DNA of 32,000 nucleotides, from NCBI GenBank assembly GCA_030688545.1, contig JAUYHT010000006.1, positions 120,001 to 152,000 on the forward strand, given 5' to 3'. Of the stretch, positions 22,241 to 31,700 are shown in pieces. How positions within the stretch are numbered: position 1 is the first letter of the stretch; each line of letters begins with the position of its first letter. Made by a program: the position numbers and the translations under genes. The notes under the pieces were generated by a model, which saw only the letters and a program-made list of their open reading frames with translations, was not told where the DNA came from and ran no database searches. This stretch comes from Candidatus Iainarchaeum sp. Its GTDB lineage: Archaea > Iainarchaeota > Iainarchaeia > Iainarchaeales > VGJJ01.

Positions 22241-23911
22241 TTATGGATGCGTGAACCATAGCCCTATTTTTCCGTCCGCTTTGGAGTCGATTCGGCCATA
22301 CCCCCTATGAGGGAAATATACTGTGTCGTCCACTTGAAGGTTGAGGATGGGGGGCCCGGCCACGCCGTATTGTATGGTGGCGTCGGGCATGGTGATTTCC
22401 ACATCCACCCCTTCGATGAGCCAGGGCACTTGGTGCGTGTGGGCGATTTTGGCGGTGCTCACGAAGGCGGCGTTCCATTTGTAATCGTCCATTTGGTTGA
22501 TTTTCACGATGTAGGCCCCGCGCAATCGGAGAGTGGCATCCATTTTCACATTGGCCAAATCCGATTTGGGAACCAAAAAGGATTGGGTTCCCTCTTTCAA
22601 TGTGTAGGTCTGTTGATCCACTTCCACTTCCATTTGGGGAACAAAATCCACGTTCAATTGGATGGGATCTTGTATGAATGGGATGGAAGGACTATTCTCA
22701 ACGTATGGTTTGTTGAATGTCGCCAATAGTTGAAGATCCAGATGGGTGTCGCTGGGCTTCACTCCCAGATCCAAGATAAGATCCTCAATCCCCTTGGGAT
22801 GGAATCCTTTCCGGTGGAGCGCGCGGATGGTGAACAAACGAGGATCATCCCACCCGGTGTATTTCCCGTTCAGAATCCCTTCGAGCATCTTGCTCTTGCT
22901 CAAATCCGTTCCCGTCATGAGCAATCGTCCATGGTGGAAGGAATGAGGATACGCCCACCCAAAATGGGTGTAGACCCATTTTTGTTTGAGCATGTTCTGA
23001 TAATGTTCTTGTCCCCGGATGATGAGGGTGATGTTCAACACATGGTCATCGATGGCCGAGGCGAAATTGTAGGAGGGCCACAGGTATTGGTCCTTCACCC
23101 GGTAGTGGTGGGGATTGTCCACAATTCGGGCGGCCCACCAGTCCCTCTGGGAGGGATCATCCAGGGTCAAATCCGTTTTGATGCGGAGGACCGCTTCTCC
23201 TTGTTTGAAGGAATGGGTGAGCATCTGCTCCAGTTTTTGGGATTGGATTCCTGCTTCTTCCTCCCGGCAGGGGCAGGCTTTTTTAGCTAAAGTCAACTTC
23301 CGCCATCCCTCGATGGCGCAGGTGCACACGTAGGCGTGGCCCATTCCCACGAGCTGGCGCATGTAATCGTGATACAACCCTAACCTATCAGAGGCCCGCA
23401 CCACCTGGTCGGGGGCAATCCCAAACCAGGCGAGATCCTCCAAGTACATCTGTTCACCCCCCGCGATGGGCTTCTTGAGCTTGGGGTCGGTGTCATCGAA
23501 GCGGAGGAGGAATGTTCCCCCGTATTTGGACGCATAGCGATGGCTCAATAAAGCCGGGCGTAAGTGACCCAAGTGACCGGGAGCGCTGGGGTTGGGAGCA
23601 TAGCGCGTGTTCACGGGCTCATGATCCGCCCATGCCAAATCCTCCAATCCCCCCTTCTTCTCGGGGATGTGGAGTTCAAACCCTTCGCTTTCGAAACGGG
23701 TATATTCTCCCGATATTGCTGATGAGTCCATTGAATTGACCCGCGCCACGGCCTCCTGGGCGATGGGAACCAATTGTTTCACGTCTGTTTGAGGATGCAA
23801 GGCCTTGAGCTTCCCTATGAGCGCCCCCACCTCCGCTTTTCCAGAATGGGCATGGGCATTGCGGATGGCATACCGGTAGGCGTCCTCATCCAGCATGGGC
23901 ATAAACTTCAT
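22241..23911 (-). CDS. gltX: Glutamyl-tRNA synthetase, archaeal/eukaryal type
   Basis: HIGH-type motif (PNPSAPGHLGHLRPAL), KMSKS-type motif (DLSKSKM), and FLLRFDDTDP, WPSYNFASAIDDH. Confidence 0.9.
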   Translation of the reverse strand: MKFMPMLDEDAYRYAIRNAHAHSGKAEVGALIGKLKALHPQTDVKQLVPIAQEAVARVNSMDSSAISGEYTRFESEGFELHIPEKKGGLEDLAWADHEPVNTRYAPNPSAPGHLGHLRPALLSHRYASKYGGTFLLRFDDTDPKLKKPIAGGEQMYLEDLAWFGIAPDQVVRASDRLGLYHDYMRQLVGMGHAYVCTCAIEGWRKLTLAKKACPCREEEAGIQSQKLEQMLTHSFKQGEAVLRIKTDLTLDDPSQRDWWAARIVDNPHHYRVKDQYLWPSYNFASAIDDHVLNITLIIRGQEHYQNMLKQKWVYTHFGWAYPHSFHHGRLLMTGTDLSKSKMLEGILNGKYTGWDDPRLFTIRALHRKGFHPKGIEDLILDLGVKPSDTHLDLQLLATFNKPYVENSPSIPFIQDPIQLNVDFVPQMEVEVDQQTYTLKEGTQSFLVPKSDLANVKMDATLRLRGAYIVKINQMDDYKWNAAFVSTAKIAHTHQVPWLIEGVDVEITMPDATIQYGVAGPPILNLQVDDTVYFPHRGYGRIDSKADGKIGLWFTHP

Positions 23912-23940
23912 TCACCCCCATAGGTAATTAACCCAATCCC

Positions 23941-24786
23941 TCAGATGGGGGCTGGGGGGTTCCAGACCCGATCGAATTGGTGGCGGAGGGTTTCCGCGAG
24001 GGGGGGATGGTGGTTCCAGATACTGAAATGGTACTCAGGTTGGTCTTTTTTTATGTCGGAGAGCATCATAACCACTTTCTTCCCATCGATGATGTAGGCG
24101 TGCAGTCCATGGTGGGCGTGTTGGGCGTGTATTTTATGGTCAGCCCCTAAATGGGGGAGGGCCTCCAGAAAACTATTGGGGTGTTCCCCCGCGAGCTTAA
24201 CCTCCACATCCCTTTGAGCGGCGCGGCGGAGCGAATCATGGAGAATGGGATGATGCACATCCAGGGCGGTTAGCCCGATGACTTCCTGGTGGGCGGTATC
24301 TATCTCCTGCGCCAAAATCTTGTAGAAGTCTCCCCTCGATTTCACTTTGAATATATTTTCCTCATTTTGAGCGGATGACGTGGTTTGATTAGCCAGAGTG
24401 GCTTCCCATTCCTTTGCGCGGTTTTCCAGGACTTCCAATTGACCGCGCTTCGCCTGCATGAGTTTGGTGAACACCTCGCGCGTGTCGAGAGCGCGGTATT
24501 TTTTGGGACGTGAAAAAATGGGAATAGCCAATCCCCGTTCGACGAGTTTATCTAATACATCATACACCCGTGTTTTGGGCACCTGAGCGGCCCGGCTCAC
24601 TTCGGGAGATTCGGCTTCCTTCAGATGAAAAAGCGCCGCGAGGGTCTTGGCCTCGTACTCGGTGAGGCCCATTTCGGAAAGGAAGGAAGCCAATGGTTGA
24701 TTCATTTTGTTACCCGAAGCAGTTACTGCATGAGAAGGGGATTCCCCATATTTAAACCAACCTTCCTCTTGGGTCGCGACCCTCAT
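23941..24786 (-). CDS. TrmB-family transcriptional regulator
   Basis: Winged-HTH LTEYEAKTLAALFHLKEAESPEVSRAAQVPKTRVYDVLDKLVERGLA, followed by a coiled-coil and a C-terminal domain. ATG 24786 overlaps the upstream stop (ATGA at 24783-24786). An alternative start is ATG 24705 (MNQPLASF...). Confidence 0.8.
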   Translation of the reverse strand: MRVATQEEGWFKYGESPSHAVTASGNKMNQPLASFLSEMGLTEYEAKTLAALFHLKEAESPEVSRAAQVPKTRVYDVLDKLVERGLAIPIFSRPKKYRALDTREVFTKLMQAKRGQLEVLENRAKEWEATLANQTTSSAQNEENIFKVKSRGDFYKILAQEIDTAHQEVIGLTALDVHHPILHDSLRRAAQRDVEVKLAGEHPNSFLEALPHLGADHKIHAQHAHHGLHAYIIDGKKVVMMLSDIKKDQPEYHFSIWNHHPPLAETLRHQFDRVWNPPAPI

Positions 24787-25244
24787 CCCCCATGCTTGGG
24801 CCCGAATCCCAGGAAGTCTTTGGCGATGATCACCAATGTCGTTCCTGACAGGGTGGCCAACACGATGGATACAAACCAGAGTGAGGCAAAAATCTCCCCA
24901 TACTTGAAGACGAGGATGTACACCAAAATTCCCGTGATGAGCCAGGTGAGGGAACTATCCCCCAGGAATTCCCTGACAAAGGAATAGATTCCAAAAATCA
25001 TGACGAGCTTGATGATCAGCCCCAATTGGGGGAAGATGAATTCGAGAGCATGCGGCACCAACATGAGGAGAATGATCAGGAAGATGACCCCAATGATGAG
25101 GTTGTTCTTGAGCCCTTCTAAAAAACTAGGTTGGCGCGGACGGAAAGGTCGTTCTTCTTCCTCGCGCGGACGCCCTTCCTCTTGACTCTCCCGCCGGCTA
25201 TATTCTTCCCGCGATGGGATCTTTCTGAATTCATCCCGTGACAT
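24783..25244 (-). CDS. Small polytopic membrane protein (paralogue 2) with a charged N-terminal tail
   Basis: 153 aa. The N-terminus is R/E-rich (SREEYSRRESQEEGRPREEEERP), followed by ~4 hydrophobic helices. Shares the K-[IL]-V...SFVR and FLG-F blocks with the upstream ORF. Confidence 0.65.
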   Translation of the reverse strand: MSRDEFRKIPSREEYSRRESQEEGRPREEEERPFRPRQPSFLEGLKNNLIIGVIFLIILLMLVPHALEFIFPQLGLIIKLVMIFGIYSFVREFLGDSSLTWLITGILVYILVFKYGEIFASLWFVSIVLATLSGTTLVIIAKDFLGFGPKHGG

Positions 25245-25247
25245 AGG

Positions 25248-25655
25248 TTATCGTCCCCGGGGTTGGCGCATCATTTGGTACGCGGTGGAGACGGGTTTCC
25301 CTCCTCCACCTGGTTTAGCCTGCATGGATTTCCCTAACCCTTTGGCATGCTTCTCCATTCCCTGCATGGGTTTGGAAAAACCTCCCAAAAAACCCAAGTC
25401 GATGAACAATCCCGTGGCTCCGAATAGGACCAATATATAGAGAAAGACCCCGGATCCGAAAAGCCTCCAGAAATCGAACAGCAGGAAAACGCTCAACCCG
25501 ATAATCAATCCCAACGCCAGCAAAGGATGAGGCACATGATTGCGCACAAATGATACGATGAAAAGCAATCCCACGATCTTGAGCACCAATTCCAGGTCCC
25601 CAAACAAATTGGTTTGCAGAAGAAGGGGAATGGCTAAATCGAGGGTTATGGACAT
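25248..25655 (-). CDS. Small polytopic membrane protein (paralogue 1) with a basic Gly-rich C-terminal tail
   Basis: 135 aa, ~4 hydrophobic helices, tail KPGGGGKPVSTAYQMMRQPRGR. Only 3 nt separate it from the next ORF. Confidence 0.65.
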   Translation of the reverse strand: MSITLDLAIPLLLQTNLFGDLELVLKIVGLLFIVSFVRNHVPHPLLALGLIIGLSVFLLFDFWRLFGSGVFLYILVLFGATGLFIDLGFLGGFSKPMQGMEKHAKGLGKSMQAKPGGGGKPVSTAYQMMRQPRGR

Positions 25656-25724
25656 GCGTCTCGTAGGGCGGGGGAGGATAAAAAGAAAACGTGTTATGTA
25701 GCAGATTGCTTACTATTATTCTCA

Positions 25725-28700
25725 TCATTGCGTGGGCGCGCCCACGCAGGTTTGTCCTGCCACAAGATTATTGGTCAATGCGCTGATGCTCGTCTGGGCC
25801 GTCTGCTTGTACAATTTCTCCGGATTCCAGAAGAATTGGGCTTTTACCCCGGAATCCGCCAGGCAAATGGTCTGATCCGCCACCAGGTCAAAGACATCCT
25901 GCAACGAATCAATGGTGGTGCTGGCATTGTTGTAGGGGAGAGTGGTAATTCCATCCAGGGATACCGCGTTGGAGGGGGTCGCATGATTGCTCGTGATAAA
26001 TTGTACATTCCCCTGCGTCGCCTGCATCGCATAATCCGCTTGGGTGGGGGTATAGAAAATGGTGCGCAGGAACTCATTCCCTCCCACGCGGGCGTTTTCC
26101 CAATCCAATCCATACGTGAAGGGGAATGCCGTCACCCGATCCTCCGGGGTGGCGACGCGGTCGGGGGTGAAATTAAACCGCTCCCATACCGGGACACCCG
26201 TATAATCATAGCAGTTTCCCGCCCCCTCCCAGAATGTCAAATTATTTCCCGTCTGCACGGGCGCACCCTCCTTGGACAACTGGTAAAATATGGAGAATGG
26301 TTCCGTGCTCGCGGCATGATTAATCTTCATCATCAGCGGGGTCGCCAGGGATGGAGTGAAAACCAATCGTTGCGCGGTGTTCCCTCCCGGAGCCACTACT
26401 TCCAACACACTTCCCCGCGTGGAGGGCAAACTATTCATCTGCCGGATATCATCATTCCGCTCCACCGTCAATTTGGCCAGGGCCGTGCTCCCCTCTCCCG
26501 AATGGGTCTGCTCCAGCCCATCATTCACCCGAATGGGGGGCGTTCCCTGGTTGATGAATTCCAACCCGTACCCCACCCGGTCATATCGTGTATTCTGCAA
26601 CCCCACCCCCCCGTCGAAGGGGAGTTTGTAGAACGGACTATTGGGGCTGGGGTTCTCCAGATGATAGAAGTCCACCCCCACACTTGCATTTGGGCTCCCA
26701 TTGGCATCGAATAACGTCCAATCTTCCCCGAAGAACACCGACACATCCACGGTATATTTTCCGGGGGCAGGGAGGGTGGTGTCACTGAAATATTTGTTGC
26801 TGAACCCTAATCTATCGTCGCTCCCGTAATAGGCCGCCAGACCAAATGTCCCCTGGCTCCCGGTGAACCACGAGGGGGCGTCCGCAAAGGAGGTGTTCAC
26901 ATAATACTCACGGAAATCCGATTCGAAATCCGCCGAGTACCCATCTCGGATGAGGTAGGCCTCAAAATGGAACAATTCATTGAGCGTCTGAACATCCGGG
27001 ATGCGGGATGTGAATTGAACGTTCGCGTTCACATGTTGGCCGAACACCGGATCATCCTTGTCTATCCACCGGTTGATGGCCGGCTTCCCCCCCAGAATAG
27101 CCGTCGTCTTGGGGAGCGTCTCGCAGGTTCCCAGGGCCGCATCCGAATAGCTCGCCACATCAATCCCCACAACATTGTTCGAAAAAGCGATGTTGGCGGT
27201 GGTGGTGCTCGTGAGATCGAAGCGCGTGCTGTAAAAATGAGGCAACACCCCCGATAGGGAGCACTCGATTCGCTGTGCGGTCCCGGCGGGAATAGTTGCA
27301 TTGTTCCCGCAGGTCAGAGTCGGGGGATTAATCCCCCCCGAACCAATACCTTCTGCATCCTGGGGGGTCATCGTTCCATTAAACCCAACATCCTGCGTTA
27401 TCGTCGTATTGTTCTGCACCACCCCGTGCAGCGTAATGGAATCCACGGAATCAAAGCGATACCCCGTCTCCGTGAATCCAATGAATCCTTCCGGCACCGT
27501 GTCCTGGTTGGCAAAACTCCCATCTCCCGGTTGAGCGTGGGGGTTGTCGGGGCAGGCGAATGAAAAGGTGTTCACCGATAGGAATTCCTGGAAGGCATTC
27601 ACCCGTTTCATCAAATCGATATTGAATTGGGTGGCATCGCAGAAAATGGATTGGTCATTCCCCGCGTCGCACGCATAGAGGGGAATGCCCGTGGTGTCAT
27701 TCCAGTTCCACGTGAGGGCGATTCGGGGCAGAGTGCCTTTCCCCGTCTGCCCCAATGTGTTGCCGCTCACACAGGCCACGCTGTCGAATTGCAAGGGAGG
27801 GAGAGACTGGTTGATATCTTGCGTCCTGAATTTGAGATGAAATTTCTCCTCCCTCACCCTATCTTCCGCGGGGGAACAATTCCCCTGACCCGGGGAAGGA
27901 CCGATTCGAAGGTTCCCAAAATTCCCATTGCGGCATTCCACGGATGCCCGGCCCGCGTGGGCAAAATCCCCGTGGATGTGTTCCAATGCGCGCAGGGAAA
28001 CCGTACCGAACAATGGATTAGGATTAGTATACCCGGATACATTGGTGAAAACCACTCCCGCTTGCTGGAAGGTATCCTCTCCCTTCGAGATCAAACCCGC
28101 GGCATCCAGTGCCCATTCTCCTGTGATATGATCTCGTACGTTAGGCGAAAGACGTATATCAATGGCATCCGGGGGAAGCGCTTGCTGGTCCGATCCCCCT
28201 GTGAGGTTGATGATGTAATCCATGAGCGTTTCCGTTTGATCCTTGTCGCATTCGTCCTCGAACAATGAATACAGCACGGCAATGGCTACAATGACGGCGG
28301 CGCAGGGAGCGCATATGCTGGCAGCGTACTTGGCCGCTATGATATAGGTAATAGCCCCCGCTCCGGCCGCCGCCCCCACATTCTGATAGGCTTTGGCGGA
28401 TGCTTTCCCCCCAAACAAAGGATGAATGTCCACCCAGAACTTGGGATCCCAGGGCACCCCATCATACACATCCTTCCAATCACAGATACTGGCCTTCACA
28501 CGTACCTGTTCGAGGAACAGCCTATTCAGTACCGTGGTGGCGTCTTTGGCATCCTGCTGGTAGAGGCTGAATCCTCCCTTGTCTAATTCGAACGCATAAC
28601 TCAAGTCGCTATCCACTTGTACTTCCAGCGCGGCCACCCGTTTGTAGCTCGTTCCCGGCACCCGCGCATCCACTGTCAAATCATACGTCCCGGGCAGCGT

Positions 28701-31700
28701 GCCCCCCCGCCTTTCAACGGTGATCTCCCGGCTTCCTTTCAAATCGGTGATGCTAAACTGTGAGAGATATAATCTTCCTTCCGGGGCGCCCCCCGAGCAG
28801 TTGCTGTTATTGGCCCCCGCGCAGAAGAGAATATCCACCGGCACGTCCCCGCAATTAGTTGTATTAATTGTAAACCGTGCCTCATCCTCTTCCGATTCAA
28901 TACGGATACCCCGCTCGGGTTCGGGATCCAGCACGATGCAGGTCTCCAGATTGGTTATTTGCACCCTCACGTCGAACGATTTTTCAATAGTCCTTCGTGC
29001 GTTCCCGCTCCCTATTTCAGCCCCGATGATGATGGTGAATTCGGCCGTGTTCCCTATATTTTGGGGGAAGGGAGTAAATGTCATCACGCTCGCGTACACC
29101 GTGTCTTCCGCGGGTTTAAAGCTCCCGAAGAGGGGCACGAAGGCATTGCTCCTCAGGGTTTCCGATGATTGGCTGCTTCCCCCAATGTCTGTGGTGGACA
29201 ATTCCACATTCCCTATGGGGTTGCTGGTCCACACGATCTTGGCTTTCAGATTCTGTAACGTATATGGTTGCCCGTCCACCAGGCAGATGTTGGAAATTTG
29301 AAATTGGGTTTGGTTCTTGTTGTCGAAGGCGGTCGTATCAATTTTCCCCGTTGCTGGGGCTCCCGTGAATTGGATGGCTTCCCCGTCGCAGGCCCCCACT
29401 ACATTAAGCGCAATGGTCATGGGAACCTGCTGCACCCACCTCTGCTGCGTGTCCTGGGTGGCAAAGGTTAGCAAGAGACTCCCCCTCAAGGTTTGGCCCG
29501 TGAAGGAGGCCGCGCTCGGGGTCGTGGCGGCTTTCACCTGAATCGTCTTCGTCTCCAGGGGCGCGATCACGGTGACATTAGCATACTGTTGTACAAAATT
29601 CTGCATCTCCCCATTCGCCAACAACCCTTGGAAGTCTCCTGTAATGCGGGCATCCATCAGGATAAGTGTCTGTTGGGTCTTATTGGTTATCCGGAGGGGA
29701 AGAAATTGTTCCGCATCCCCCGTGAGGGGCATCTGGAAGGACAGCGTGGCCGGATCAAAAAAAGCCACGTTCTCATCCACGATGATGGTAATGGGTTGGC
29801 TCGCCAGCCCCGCTTTCACGGCATCGAACACCAACCGCGTGCGGGGCAAGGAAGGGGGACCAATAAGGCTGGTTTTCCCCGCGATGTCGGTGAACTGCCT
29901 TGAAATGATTTGCTGGTGTTTGGAAGGGTCAATTTTGAGTAGGGTCACCATGGCATCTTGGACATCAAATCCTTTATCGTCCGTCACGGTAATGGCGAAT
30001 GTGGTGGGGATGAATGCGGCGGCCATACTGGGATCCACAGTCACCCTAAGTTCTCCCGATTTCCCGATGCTGATTCCCGCCGTGTGCTCAAATACGATTT
30101 CCCCTTCATTGATGAGTTGAACCTTTATTTGCGTGGCTTTATCCTGTTTGGTCAAGAGCTCAACTTTCCCTGAGATCGTTTGGTATTGTTCGAGCGTTCC
30201 TACGGACAACCCCTGCCCTTCTCCCCCGGGCACATCATTCGTGGCTAATCCGGTGGATCGCAATACCCGGCCATCCGTTCCCACTACTTCATATCCCGTC
30301 AGTTGAACCTCCCCACTAGGGATGAATCCATCGTTGGCAATGAACACGCGGAGTTTGGGATCCGCGTACAGGGTGGGGGAGGTGCTGGTGATGACGAACG
30401 AATAATCATACGATTTGTTGACTTGCGTAGTGAAGGGTGGTCCCTCCACGAGTAGTTGGTCGTTCTCGTTAAACAATTGTTCTCCCGAGAAGCAGAACAG
30501 GTCATCGCACACGATGGGTTTTCCCTGGAAGTAGATCTGGTGGTAGGTCTCCGCGTACTGCCCTTCTTTCCCCGGGATGGAGGCACTCGTTCCCAGGGCA
30601 CTATCATACGGGTCCCGCAGCCATTCGCTGCCTCGGATGGCCCATCCCCGATAATAGATAGGCAAACTGGTGAGGGCACCTGCCTGCGGGGAAATGCGGA
30701 CATCAACCCCTATTTCATATACCCCGGGCCCAGGATTATCCCATTCCGCGTTAGCCCATTTAGCCTCACCAAACGTAAGGTTTTGGGCATCGTCATCAAA
30801 CCCCAATGAGGGTTGGTAGGTGGTGCCCTTCACCACGTGCCCATTGGGGGTGTTGAGAGAGAGGATGGCCAGCACATCATTCTCCAAAAAGGCCTCATCC
30901 CCCACTCGAATATGTATCCCCGCTTTATCCAGATTAGTGAGAGGAGTGGGAATGCTCCATTCGAGCACCAGGGTGTACGTTTTCCCAGCCTTGAGTTCGT
31001 TCGCCCGGGTTTGCGTGAGGGGATTACGAACCTCCTTGAGTCGAATGAAAGGAGTATCTCCCAAAATGGTGGTAGGGAGGCGGACCACAATATTCTTAGT
31101 TTCTCCGGGATAGAGCTGGTGGCTCATACTGGCGTAGGTCGCAAACCCGCTCGCTCCCACGCGAACAAATACTTTTCGATCGGCCTTGAACGATTGCGAC
31201 ACTTTTCCCACGGAATCCGTTTGAACCTGGCAAGCGCCCGCCACACATTCATCAGTGCCATCGGTGAGGAATTCCACCGTGGCAAAAGGAATGGGTTGGC
31301 CTTCCAAATCCATCACCGAAACTTCAAGGGTTCCCGTCCCCAGACGCAGGGTTATTCCTGCCTGCGTGGCGGCTCGTGTATCCGAAGTGAAAATGGGCGA
31401 ATCGCTTGGTCCCGCCGGGTATTTGGTGGCCCGCGCGAAATAGCTCCCGCTCTGCACCCCAGTGAAGGCAGCATTCCCATTGGCATCCGTGGTGCGCACG
31501 GGATATTGGTGGGCGATGAAAGAAGAGGCCGCATCATAGAGCAATACCTGCGCATTGTCCACGGGAAACCCATCTTCGTCCTGCACATGAATGGTCACGC
31601 GTCCCGAATTCTGGGGGGTCAATTTCTCCATTCCGAATACAATAGTAGGCATCCCCATTTGGATGAGCCCAATATCCTGCGTCTCACTCAAGTAATCCGG

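Noticed and set aside
25728-26714. 328-aa plus-strand ORF (and 30813-31748, 27627-28268, 28699-29301, 29572-30120) antisense to the giant gene
   Set aside because: Arg/Gly/His/Pro-rich shadow frames inside one continuous 6.3-kb minus-strand ORF. They have no motifs and no start contexts.
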